Source: Ascoidea asiatica JCM 7603
Taxonomy: Eukaryota > Fungi > Ascomycota
Length of the DNA: 64,000 nt
Direction of reading: 5' to 3'
Assembly (NCBI GenBank): GCA_001600695.1
Contig: BCKQ01000016.1
Location: forward strand, 117,151 to 181,150
The notes below the pieces were generated by a model. It had not been told where the DNA came from and did no database searches. It was given only the letters and a program-made list of their open reading frames with translations. A program made the position numbers and the translations under genes. Below, piece by piece: positions 1 to 12,080 of the stretch; the stretch's first letter is position 1; each line of letters begins with the position of its first letter.

Positions 1-692
1 ATGAATTATTTATCTCATTATTCAATTTAATCAAATTTATTTTATTAAAAATTAAAAATTTCAGTTCAATTAAATTAAATTCCTTATTAGAAGAAATTTA
101 TAACCTAATTTTTGTATTATTGAAATTTAATAAATTTCTCCTATTTGATAATGAAGTTAAATTTCAGTTAATCTACAAAATTATTGAAAATAATGAAATT
201 ATTCTAAACTCAATTCAAATGCTATTGAAGTTTAAGCCTACTAATAATATTTCAGATATTAATTTGATTAATGTCAATAAATTTTCAAAACTTATTAATA
301 ATATAAGTGAAATTTTAGAAACAAATGTATTTAATCAAAGAGACTTTGATTATCATGAAATACAATCTACTTTAAAACTTAAAATCAAAAATAATTTGAA
401 ACTTGAAGATCTTGATGTTGATACGAGTGACGAGTATCAGAATTCTAATCAATCTAATATCCTTGAATATAAGAATGCAAAAAAAATTGCCAATAAAAAT
501 CAAAATAAAAATATAGATGAAAATGAAAATCTTAGTTTGGAATCGCTAATTCAAGATGACAAATTATTATTCAAAAATGAAAGCTTTAAGTATATCAAAA
601 AAGGTGATGCAATCTATTCAAATCAAAAAATCTCTAAGTTAAATGATTCTGTAGGTATTTTGATTCAAAACAATCATACTTTGTATAAGTGA
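1..692 (+). CDS. 3' part of a gene starting upstream of the window; possibly ARMH3/DUF1741-like helical protein
   Basis: The frame of the 120..692 ORF is open back to position 3 (ELFISLFNLIKFILL...), so the TTG start is not the real start. LFISLFNLIKFI and FLLFDNEVKFQLIYKIIEN weakly recall fungal ARMH3 C-termini; the family call is tentative. Confidence 0.55.
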   Translation, partial: ELFISLFNLIKFILLKIKNFSSIKLNSLLEEIYNLIFVLLKFNKFLLFDNEVKFQLIYKIIENNEIILNSIQMLLKFKPTNNISDINLINVNKFSKLINNISEILETNVFNQRDFDYHEIQSTLKLKIKNNLKLEDLDVDTSDEYQNSNQSNILEYKNAKKIANKNQNKNIDENENLSLESLIQDDKLLFKNESFKYIKKGDAIYSNQKISKLNDSVGILIQNNHTLYK

Positions 693-1569
693 CCCAGAAA
701 TAATTTTGATATATTTAGCTTGATACTCTTCACTATATCTTTATAGATTTTCATTTTTCTAACGTTTTTCTAAATTTAAAATAAATATTTTAGAGTTCAT
801 TAGCTTGCTTCCTACACAATTTGACATAAAGTATTTGATTCTTAGTTATAGCGATATCTCAGGATCCCGGATTTGCAAGACCTAAACAAAATTTGCACCT
901 GACTTGCTTCCCTCAAGATATTGATAGCAGATATGTAGAGCTTTTTTCCCGATGGCAAATTAACAGTAAAATTGGGCATAAATCTTACTTCAGTTTGCAA
1001 TTAAGTTTAAATTTACATGCATTAAGACGCTAAATCATGTGACGGATTGAAAACCAATTATGTGGGATTTCTGTGTAAACTGCTAAAAGTAAAAATACTC
1101 CATGGAACTTGCTTTTCACAACAAAACGCATCTTCCATTTTCAGACAGCTTCTTTAAAAGGAGTTGGTAATGGGAACGAAAATTCAGCTTTTCTATCTGA
1201 CTTGAACAGCGCAAATTTGATTTAAAAATTCCCGTCCTACAGGTTAAAGCGGGTTAGAAAATTAAAGTTTTTGTAACATTAGCGGAAATTCAAATAAACA
1301 ATCTCTCACATATTAGCTATTCTGTTATAAAAAAAAAAGTTTTAAAATGAAAATTCTTCAAATCTATTGTCATGCTTGTATCCCAGAAGAATTTTCCTCC
1401 AAATAATCCTTAAGGTCCTTAAGGTCTGCTTTCTGTAATAGCAATAGTAGCAAAAATGATTAGTTTATCTCACTCAGTAGGCGTTGAAATAAAACTAAAT
1501 CTTACAAATCCATTGGGACTTTCAAGTACGGTGTTTATTCAGTTTTCGGTATGTGCGGCCGATATAAGG

Positions 1570-1947
1570 TAAGGCTGCTTACTGTTGAGCCTTCATGCGT
1601 ATATGTGCTCCTTGAAATTGTTAGGCGTAATAGAGTTATCATTGCTGCGTAAAGAGTTTAAGCACTTATTGAGCTACGCTAGCATAGCACAGCATCTTAA
1701 CGAACAAAACTCGTTAACTAACGTATGTTCTTTTTTTTTTGTCCGTTAAGATATTGTGCTATGACAGAGTGTTCTGATCACAATTTCCCTACCAGTTAAC
1801 AATACAAGTCAGAGCACTGAAAATACTGTGAGACGGTTTCCCGGTAATTGTGATACTGAGCCGAAACAGGGAAATATACAAAAGTTTGTAAATAATACGG
1901 TACCATTAGTAGGATATTATTTATTTGAAACCTGTGTTCAGACATGA
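1570..1947 (+). ncRNA. Candidate structured non-coding RNA (class unassigned)
   Basis: Consecutive stems, several with G.U pairs on the + strand: 1683-1709/1737-1763 (24 of 27 Watson-Crick), AGTGTTCTGAT/GTCAGAGCACT (1767-1818), CGGTT..CGGTA/TACTG AGCCG (1834-1864), TAAATAATA/TATTATTTA (1889-1923). Ends AGACATG. A TATA-like TATAAAA lies at 1326. No ORF. Confidence 0.35.
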
Positions 1948-4900
1948 AGCAAAATTCAAGATTGTCAGCTTCATTTTTAATATAAAGAATACTCAGGTTT
2001 ACTCGTCACTATTATATTAGTGATATAGTATCAGTTTATCAAAGCTTCAACATGAATTTAGAAAGAACTTGATTTTTCGAGTCAATAAAAAAATATTGAT
2101 AACCACTAGTGGTTTTGTATTCAAAAAATAATCTAAATGTATTTATAACATACATAGAATTGTTTCTCCAAGTTCAATGAATTAACGTCTGACATAAAAG
2201 TAACGTTACTTTTCAAAAAATGAAATGAAAAAAAGTATTATAAAATTGATAGGTGCTATAAATCTATTTATTTGAACATTCATTTTCTTGTTGCTACATG
2301 CTCTTAGACTATAATATCAACAAACCTATAATCTTTTAAACACCTACTTCCGAGGATATCTTTCATAATTACAAAATAATAATTCGAGCATCCTCATACA
2401 AAATCAAAATCAATGCAGCAAACATCAGTTAAGGGTAGATTTCCTTCTCTGTTTCAATTAACCCTGATACCTTCCATTTTGGGAGGTCTGTTACGGTTGA
2501 AAAACTTTTGGTTTTGTGTTATCTTCAAAGATGCAAGGATTAATACATGGGCAAACCCGAAATGAAACACAGCGGTGGGTTCCAAAGATAATTACCAGGA
2601 CTACCATACCTTTCCCGTAGCTAAAGGTATGATAAGGAAATATATTTCCCATAAAAAAGCCCAGTCCATGATCTGGGAATTTAAAGGGGATTCTTTTTAC
2701 ATTTTTGCAGAGTGGATAGTTTCTAAGAGGAAAGCAGATGTAGATTGGAGTAAATTCTTTCCACATTTTCTCATGGTAGATAATTTCAATTGAAGGAAGT
2801 ATAGGTAGAGTGGAGGGAATCAAAAAACAAATATTTTTTCAAAATCCCAAAAGTAGAAATGAGAATAATATTTTGAAACATTAATCAAAGTTTCGGAAAA
2901 CAATAATTATCATACCCTTCGATTATAGAACATTATAAAAAAAAAAAAAAAAAAAATGAAAGTTTTGCCCAGAAACTACAATATATATTGAATTAAAAAC
3001 GGAACTTACAAGCATTTTTGGATGCGAGCAAATGAAGCAAGGGTATTCCATATTCGTAAACTTCGTCCAAGTACTTTTGTGAGGTTATTATGTCAGAAAA
3101 TTCAGTATTTTGCAGATATGATCTGAGATCAGTAGATCAATCTCAGAATCTTCCCTAACAGCTTTAAAATATAATGCAGTTTAAAATATAGTACTTTTAA
3201 TAACATCTGTTTACTGAATTATACAACCGTGTAATGTAAACTTAAAACATGTTACTAAAATTAGCTGGCTGTTATATAGTTTTAAACTCTGCTAGGTAAA
3301 ACTTAAATACAAGCAATTAAAAGAGCGTACCGTGAAATGCAGTTAGGCTAATATTGAGAGTCTTGTTTACTTCACTGAGGAAAATCTACAAGTAGATGCA
3401 AAGCTTTGGTAGGATGCTAGTCACAGGCGTTGTCTTTCTTTACACAGAAAACTGCATGTAAAAATATGAATACAGATATCTACATATAAATGTGAACATC
3501 TACAGTAATGGATTCATGCTGGTAAACACTAATTATCTGTGTCAGTAATAGCTATAGCTATTACCATAGTGTTATCTCCAAGCAATGTTTTGATAGTAAT
3601 TTTTTTGGTAAATCATAACATTGGAGATAGAGTTAATAAGCATGCTTGAGTTGTTTGTAAAAGATGGATGGACCTCGATTCCCATTTTGAATTTTTTAGG
3701 ATAACGCATATTCGACACTATAGTAGTACACTAGTGTACAGCACAGTAGTTTCCCGATTTCATACTTTTTATAAATTTACTAATAGTGAATGTACTCTAC
3801 TGCAGTAGAGTGCTACAGATTAAAAAGTTATTTTGTAACGTTACTGGAATAATTATACCGTACTGTTATCATACACTATATAAATTCCTGGGGAAATTTT
3901 TGAGATTCGCAGACTGGATATATGATTTATACCATAGATATAAAATTTATTGAAAAACTAAATAGGTTAATAAAAAAAAAATTTGAAAAAATGGCAGATA
4001 CTATATTTCCGTAATATTTAGGAATACTTTTGATAGCGTTATTTAATTTAAGTACAATCAGTAGTAATTGCTATTCATGCTACTTTATTAGTAGTCTATA
4101 AACTATTACACATTTTTAATTATACTCTCTCCAAAAGTTTTATCTAGCATTCCATTTTCAATTCTTTTTCTTTAAGAAAGCTTTAGTAACTTATTGCTGT
4201 TTGTTTCAGTGTAACTAATTTGTGTTTAAATGCCAGACACACTCGTCGTTTAAAATTCAAAAGTGAAGCAGAACAAGTTGTACAGTAAATTTTTTTCTTT
4301 TCAAAAAAAACATGTTAGAATTTTAAAATTAATGATCATTCCTCTTTTCAACAGAACAACTAATACACAATAACAGTGGGAGTTCTTCTGCATAAGTCAG
4401 TACAACTCAAGCAACGTTGGAGGAAAACACGCTCCAATCCCACCGATTACGTCTTTTCTTAGATAAAAGGATAATACACCTTTAGTTGAGATCTACTGTA
4501 CTTGATCACAAAATTCCCTTTTTCTAGTTGTTTATCTTAAAAAAGTACAGCATTTTCTTGGAAATGTCCCAATAAAGAAAAACAAAAATATGCAAGTACA
4601 CGATGGCTAACGACAGCTACAGTCTTGAGGTTTCAAAGTTAGAAGTGTAATATAAATAATTTACAGTAGCTTAAAAGTATAAAGTCTAAAAACATTTTCA
4701 CATGATAGACACAGGAAGAACACTCCCGGCTAACTTTAATGATACATAACTACAGACTGCATGGAACCCGCTTAAAATTACTCTGTACTAATTATTTGAA
4801 AGGCTGCGATATTATTTAAGTTGAATTATTATACTGCTAGAAACGGTTAGAATCATATTTACACAGCATGAAGCTTGATCTTGCAAGCAAATCTTGTCAA

Positions 4901-5782
4901 CACACTGCGGTGACTTTGATTAATCTGATCATGAGACTTTGTAGAAATAAATATACACTAGGAAATTTTGAGTAAAAAAATACCACTATTACAGCACTTA
5001 CTGCCAAACACTCTGGAAAAATAATAAGAAACTCAGATGCTCAATTTTGAAAATTTTGTTCCGTTTTAACTTTGTCCATTCGTATCATATAAAGCTTTTA
5101 CTAATATAGTTCTGCAAATTCCAGACTGTTCTCCAGTAATGGATAAATTTGTGATTCCGTTCAGTGGAATACTAGTAGTAAATTTCTGAGAGTTGATTAA
5201 TGCCTATTTTTACTGTACCAAACATTAGTAAACTTACCAACTGAGATTCATGCAAAACATTTTAATACACAGACTCCTGCTGCACGACATTTTGATTGCT
5301 CCGTAGCAACCAACATAACCATCCGAAAAAAAAATTAAAATAACTTTCTTGGTGGAGGCATATATGTGCACATACGTAGAGATGTATAACAAAATATGTA
5401 AACTTGAAACTAAAATAGCTGCATCTACAGTAAATAACTTAAAGTTCTTCTACATGAACCTTAGCTTTGCAATATTGAAAGTTCAAAATATTCATGATTC
5501 TTTTTGACTTTCTTTTCTTTTTGATTAGTCTACTGTACACCACCGGCAACACTAAAGAGCCAAAAGACTAAAGAATAAGAAAAGAATAAGCATAAAATAA
5601 TAATTAAACTGGATTTCGCAAACTCAGAACTTCTTTCCCACAAACTGATAATTTTAATTTCAACATTCAGACTTCCACTTTACTTTACCATTTCAACCAC
5701 TGCCCAATGCCTCAGCCGGGATATTTCTTTAACTGCTGGTTGTATAAATAAAACCTCTTTTATCCTTTCACTTGATTTTCTT

Positions 5783-5837
5783 CATTTCTTCATTTCTTTA
5801 TTTCTTTATTTCTTTATTTCTTTATTTCTTTATTTCT
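5783..5837. repeat. 8-bp tandem repeat (TTTCTTCA/TTTCTTTA)n upstream of TPR gene
   Basis: Directly visible tandem units. Confidence 0.8.
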
Positions 5838-6451
5838 TCTTTCTGCCTTTTTTCTTTTATTTTATTTTGCTCTTTTTTTGAAAAGCTTGAACATTTTTTT
5901 GCTTACATTGATATACTATTTAACTATATTCTACTATTCAACTAGACAACTTAATATTCTATTTTCATTTAGATATATATATATATATATTGTATATGTG
6001 ACTTATAGTATAAAAATTATATATAATATATTACACCATTTCAAATACTTTATACTACTAGTATATATATGAAGTAAAAACTGGCATTTATATTATCAAA
6101 ATTCTAGGTCCAATATACTGTATTTCAATATTTGATGAATTTTTATTTAATATAATTCTCTGATAAAAAAAGAACAATAATAATAACATCAACAATAGCA
6201 TCAACAATAGCATAAACAATAGCATCAACAATAGCATTATTAATAAAATCAACGATATCATCAACAATAGCATTAATAATAACAAAAATATTATCCATAA
6301 TAATATCTTACACTCAATATTGCTACTCATTTATTACATACAAATATCCTGATCTATTATAATAACATAATAACATAATAACATCATAACATAATAACAT
6401 AATAACATAATAACATAATAGTATAACAGTATAGTAGTATAGAATTTCATA

Positions 6452-8615
6452 ATGGCTCCCAAAAGATTACTGCTTGATTCTCCCCTTCCACCTCAAGAAA
6501 GAATTAAACGCTCTCATACTTCAAATTCATCAACAATGAGTAGGAATCATCAAAACAAAAATTATATTTCATTACCTCGTCCTCCTCCATTACCAATTCC
6601 TATTCAGAATCCACTTTCTACTCAAGCACAAATACAGCCTCAACTTCAACCTCAACATCAGCATCAACCTCAGCATCAACTTCTGGACCCAAATATTCCA
6701 TTACCATTAGAAACTCCTATTCAAGGCTCAATTCAGGTTCCAATACAAAATCAAATACAACCCCCTATTCAAGCTCCGATGCAAGATCCCACCCAGACTC
6801 CAATACAAGGTGATATTCAAAAGGCCATCAGGGCTGATCCTTCTCAAATACCTTTAAAAAGTTCTATCCAAGCTCCAATTCTTGTTTCTGAAAGAAACTC
6901 AAATAATATCACTCAAAATAAAACAGAAAACTCTTGGGCATTTAATGCAACTGAAGCTTGGATTTGCTTCGCTTCCACTGCTCTTTCTATGGAAGATTAC
7001 AATCTCACAATTTCTTGTACAGAAAGGGCTTTAAAGCACGATCCTGCTTCTTCTCAAGCATTTTGTTTGTTATCTTCTGCAGTAAGATTAGATTCTTCAA
7101 AAGTCAATAAACAACAAGAATGGTTAAGAATTGCCTCAAAAATTACTGATTCAATAGTTAAATATCAAAATTTATCTTTTGATTATAAGATATTTGTTGA
7201 ATTAGGTAGAGGGTATTTAATCTCTGATGATATTAACCAGGCTGAAGCTGCTTTAAATAAAGCTCTACAATTAAACGATAATGATCCTGAAATTTACTTT
7301 CTTAAAGGTAAAGTGTTTATAAATCTAGGTATGAAAGCTGATGCTTCAGAATCTTTTAAAAGTTGCTTAAGTTTTTTTCCAAATGATCCTAATTTTATGA
7401 TGAAAGAAAAACAATCTTGTATTTTAGCTAACTCTTGTCATATTGAGTTAGCTAATGTATATGCATCGGATGGTAAAACAAATACTGCAATTGAAGAATT
7501 AAATAAAATTTATATAAATTCTGCTATTGAATCAAAATTAGATAATCTAGTTGATTTATGGTGTGCATTATGTGTTGCAAAAGATCGTTCAAATGATTCA
7601 CAAGGCGCTTTATATTGCTTACGTCAAGCTCGAGAAAAAGTTCCATCAAATAGTAGTGCGACTTATAGATTGGATTTATTGGAGTCTTTCTTTCTATTAA
7701 AAGATCCTAATTATAGTAATCCTGATTATGTTGTTCAAATTCTTCTAAAATATATTGAAAATAATCCCCAATTTAATGAAGATTTTCAATCAGATTTTCT
7801 ACCTTTCTTTTTTGTTGGGTATTCTAGTTTAGTTACAAGAAATATTAACTTTGCATATAAAATGTTTGAATTCGTTTTAAAAAAGTGTTCAAATTCTCCA
7901 TTACCTTGGTTAGCAATGGGTGCTGTATATTTGGAAATTGGACAGTTAAAGGACTCTTTATATGCTTATTCACAAGCAGCTCAAATAGAAGATAATATAA
8001 ATGCTTTAGCTTCAGCTGATGCTTTATGTAGTGCATGGCAAGGATTATCAGCAGTTTACGAAAGATGTGATGACCAATTACCAGACGCAGCAGATGCTTG
8101 CCATCATGCTGCTACTCATGCCAGACGTTCAGGTCAAACGGAAGTTAGTATTAATCTTAGTGCAAGAGAAGAAGCTTTGAAAGCAGCTCAATTGAAACAG
8201 AGGCCTGCTCCAGCTCCTTCAAAATATCCTCCGTTACCTGTTATAATGGTGAGAGAATTAACAGCCTTGTCTTTTCGTGATAGAGTCGCTCTTGCTACCA
8301 AAGAATCTTTGCTACCCATGAAACAATCAGAGGAACAGAGAAGACTTGTTAATGAAATACCTGTCTCAATTATGTATCAACAAAGAGAAGAAAATTCCGT
8401 CGTTACTCAACTACCTTCCCTTCCTCAGGTACAAGCAAGAGTTCAATCTCAAGACCATCATCAAACGCAATCTCTTCCTCAAAAACTACAACAAGTTCCA
8501 ATTGATGTACAGTCTCCAACTCTTAATCAAGGTCCAGTACCAGCATCCTTACAATCCCATCCACAACAACAACAACAGCAACAACAACAACAACAGCAAC
8601 GACAGCAACAACAGC

Positions 8616-8655
<40 letters not shown>

Positions 8656-8657
8656 GC

Positions 8658-8701
<44 letters not shown>

Positions 8702-9517
8702 CTACTACAACAACAACTACGTTCTCAGTCACGACTTCCTCCACAACCCCATCAGATTCCAATACAGCAAATGCAACCAATGCTGAGAATTCAAAGTCAG
8801 CCAATGGCCAATCCACAATTTGGGCCTCCACCACCACCTATCCAAGCCCTGGCACCTCCATCTATGCAGCTTCAAATGCAAATGCAGATACCTATTCTGC
8901 CACCAATGCAACGCATAGCTCAAGGTTCCCCTTCAAACTCACTTCCCACTCCTTCTAGATCAAGAGAAGCATATCCACCATATCCTCCTGGAATGAACAT
9001 TAATCGTCCTCCAGGTCTTCAACCTCAACCTCAGGTACAAATAGAAATAGGACAAATCCATGAACAACAACAGCGCCAACAGCAGCAGCAACAACAACAA
9101 CAACAACAGCAACTTCAACATCAGCAGCTTTCAATGCAACAACAACAGCAACACCGCCAACAACAGCCTTTAATACAACAACAACATCAACAACCATTAA
9201 TTCAACAGCTTCCAATGCAATCACAGCAACAACATAATCGTCAACCACTACCTCCTCCACCACTGCAGCAACAACGTCATCAAGCTCTGTTACATCAACT
9301 TCCACATGGTCCAATGAATCCTCAGATGCAACAACCTCGTATGGTTCAGACTTCAAATCTCCATCAGTCACCTAATTTACAACAGCAACAACAACAACCA
9401 ATTCCACCTCCACCTCCACCAGTATCTCAACACCAGCAGCAAATTAATGGGTATCCTTATGGCTCATTTTATCCTCCTATTCCTCAACCAAATGGCCAAT
9501 ACCCAAAATGGAGGTAG
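6452..9517 (+). CDS. Divergent Ssn6/Cyc8-like TPR corepressor protein (Candida Tcc1-like), with Pro/Gln-rich termini and long polyQ
   Basis: 1021-aa ORF. TPR segments parallel Ssn6: EAWICFASTALSMEDYNLTISCTERALKHDP; PWLAMGAVYLEIGQLKDSLYAYSQA; WQGLSAVYERCDDQLPDAADA. These are far more divergent than expected for a true CYC8 orthologue. Confidence 0.75.
8563..8702 (+). repeat. (CAA/CAG)n polyglutamine tract
   Basis: About 45 Gln codons interrupted by one Arg (CGA). Explains the spurious poly-N and poly-V overlapping ORFs. Confidence 0.95.
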
Positions 9518-10451
9518 ATCATCGTTCAAATAATGGGTTCTTTATTCTTTATTCTTTTTTTTATATCTTTATTCCATATTTTATACGCTATTTTTTTTCA
9601 CCTTACTTATTTTTTTTCAAGTTTTTCGTTCTAATTTTGGAATGTGTCTTCTTTTCCATTTTTCAGCTTCGTTTTATCTACTCTTTTTGTTACTTTTATA
9701 CAAACTTCTATTCTTTTTCTTTCAATTTGTATCTTTAGCTTCTATAAGTATATTTACTTTTTTATTTCTTGGTTTAATAAATTCAATACCAGTTTGGGTC
9801 TAATTAATTGCTTCAATTGGCTATTTAATATTTTTGATTAATTTTTCTTCAAAATTTTAATATTATTATTCGTCGGTTATGCCTTCCAGTTTACATTAAT
9901 TTTCATCTTTTTGCAACCTATTAGTAGGTTCAACGAAGGTTATACAACACACTCTTTGAATATTATATTGTAAGCATATTTCAAATCAATTATCTGCATT
10001 ATGGATTGGCAATTACTACATTCAATTATGATATACCTTTTTTTAAAAAGATAACAGTTCCGAGACATCATTGAATGTATGATAGATACATATTATACTG
10101 ATCTTCATTTGTAAAGTTTATCAACATTAAAAAATATAAAGATTTCTCGCAGAAATACAAATGTACTAGTTAAGCTTTGCCAAAAAAGATTAAAAGTCTA
10201 TTCTATTTGCATCATCATTCTATCAATGATATTATTCTTTTAGCAAAATTGAAATGAATCGGATCCATGAAAAAAAACAAGGTTAGTTATAAGTGAAATA
10301 ATAATTGAAAAACTAATCAAAAAGAAGCCAACAAAAAGTCTAAAAAGAAGGGTAGAAAAATTGAGGCTTTGATTTATTTTAATTATATGTATATATTATT
10401 TACAAAAATGCTAAATTAAAAATAGATTAGTTTTATTTAAAAACAAAAATT

Positions 10452-12080
10452 CTATTTAGTCCATTCTAAATATTCAGGATTGAATTCATTTGGTTTTGTT
10501 TTTCGTTGTAAAATATTTTCAATTTTCCATCTTAAACCAATCTTATTATTATATTTAGAAGTGAATCTATTCAATACTTCTTTTTTCGATACAGCAAAAT
10601 CTCTACCAGAACCATCATTTCCAGTTATATAATCCCTGACTTCAGATTCAGTTGGCAAACCATAATTGGAAATATAAGAATTATATTTAATAAACTGATT
10701 ATTTTCAGGAGAGTGAAGATTGATCAAGTCTTTACTTATTAATGAATCTTTGATTGTAGCATCAATACTCGAATTTTTTTCTGGAGATAAAAATTTCAAA
10801 ATATCTGAAGCACTAATATCTGTTGGTTTTTTGAATAACCAGTTTGGATTATTTTTTTTTGTAATTAATTTGTTTGAAACCCCTTCGTTAAAATCATTAT
10901 TTTTTGAATCTAGCATTAGTAATTGAGCTGAAGTTAATTCCTGTTTGATTGAATCATAATTTGACTGATTTTTATTCTTTTTCAATAATTCATAAGCTAA
11001 CTTCAATGAAATTGAAGATTTTTTACTTAATTTTTCAACTATTTCGGTGATAAAGGATTTTAATGAGTCTGAATTTAATGATGACTTTAATTCTTTTTCT
11101 AAATTTATTAAAATTAAATCTATTGAATTTTTATCATTTAATTGAAAAATTCTTTCTATTAAATTGATCTGATCATTTGAATATTTCATATTATGATCAA
11201 TTGGGATTGGATCTGTAAACTCTTCAATTGTTTGATTTATAATTGAATAAAATTCTTTAACTTGATTTGAAATATTCGAAATATTTGAATTTGGATTGAT
11301 ATTATGCAAATAATCATTAGGATAGGATAAATCTGACAATCTTTTAGTTAAATCATTTAATCTAACTTCAGGTACATAATGGGTTGCATTACCAATTAGT
11401 AAATTATCAATACCTTTGATTTTATCACCAGTTAAAGCTAAATAAAGACCAAGATTATTTTCCATTCTAGATAAATAAAATGTAGTCCCAACATCAGGAA
11501 AGAAACCTATATCCATTTCTGGCATTGCAAAATTGGTTGATTCAGTTGCAATTCTGAAAGGATTATGAATAGATAAGCCAACACCACCACCCATTGTAAT
11601 ACCATTCATATAAGCAATTACTGGTTTTGAATAAATAGATAAATAATAATTCAAAGAATATTCAGTTTCAAAAAATTTACAGGATAAGTCTTTTTTATTA
11701 TTTAAGTTATTTCTAGCACATTCAGCAACATCACCACCTGAACAAAATGCTCTTGAAGATGAGGAGTTTATTATTATTAAGTTATTTAAATTTGATTTTG
11801 AATATTCAACTAATCTTGAAGATATTTTTGAACACATATCTGTGGTTAATGAATTTAATTTTTTAGGTCTATTCAATGTTATAATTCTTGCACCACCTTG
11901 ATGAGAAACTAAGATTTCTTCTTCAGTGATTGGTTGCGACATTGTTGAATAGAAATTCTTAATATTTGAGTTATAGGTATTAACAGATCTTAACTGTTTT
12001 AAGTAATTTGAAGAATTTAAAGATTTTATATATCTTGGAGATTTAAATGATCCTAAGGATCGATTCGTAGCTAAGAACAT
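10452..12080 (-). CDS. EHD3: 3-hydroxyisobutyryl-CoA hydrolase / mitoribosomal protein mS47
   Basis: ITLNRPKKLNSL, FCSGGDV, MGGGVGLS and FAMPEMDIGFFPDVG crotonase-fold motifs. The N-terminus is Arg/Ser-rich with no acidic residues (mitochondrial presequence-like). The C-terminal extension YGLPTESEVRDYITG is typical of fungal Ehd3. Confidence 0.93.
   Translation of the reverse strand: MFLATNRSLGSFKSPRYIKSLNSSNYLKQLRSVNTYNSNIKNFYSTMSQPITEEEILVSHQGGARIITLNRPKKLNSLTTDMCSKISSRLVEYSKSNLNNLIIINSSSSRAFCSGGDVAECARNNLNNKKDLSCKFFETEYSLNYYLSIYSKPVIAYMNGITMGGGVGLSIHNPFRIATESTNFAMPEMDIGFFPDVGTTFYLSRMENNLGLYLALTGDKIKGIDNLLIGNATHYVPEVRLNDLTKRLSDLSYPNDYLHNINPNSNISNISNQVKEFYSIINQTIEEFTDPIPIDHNMKYSNDQINLIERIFQLNDKNSIDLILINLEKELKSSLNSDSLKSFITEIVEKLSKKSSISLKLAYELLKKNKNQSNYDSIKQELTSAQLLMLDSKNNDFNEGVSNKLITKKNNPNWLFKKPTDISASDILKFLSPEKNSSIDATIKDSLISKDLINLHSPENNQFIKYNSYISNYGLPTESEVRDYITGNDGSGRDFAVSKKEVLNRFTSKYNNKIGLRWKIENILQRKTKPNEFNPEYLEWTK

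Noticed and set aside
1510-1800. Minus-strand GGGAAATT...GAACAC and TTGAAAGTCCC, resembling RNase P / RNase MRP CR-I
   Set aside because: No matching CR-V strand able to form the P4 helix was found at a suitable distance.
1825-1870. Hammerhead-like CTG..GA / GAAA arrangement
   Set aside because: The core reads CTGTGAGA rather than CTGANGA, and stems I and III with a cleavage triplet could not be built.
6088-6330. Leu/Met-rich 'membrane protein' ORF (similarly 19774-20100 and 32164-32370)
   Set aside because: Translations of simple tandem repeats in UTR, antisense or intron sequence.
8346-9371. Overlapping poly-Asn and poly-Val ORFs (also within 42690-43490)
   Set aside because: Alternative-frame and antisense shadows of CAA repeats in real genes.
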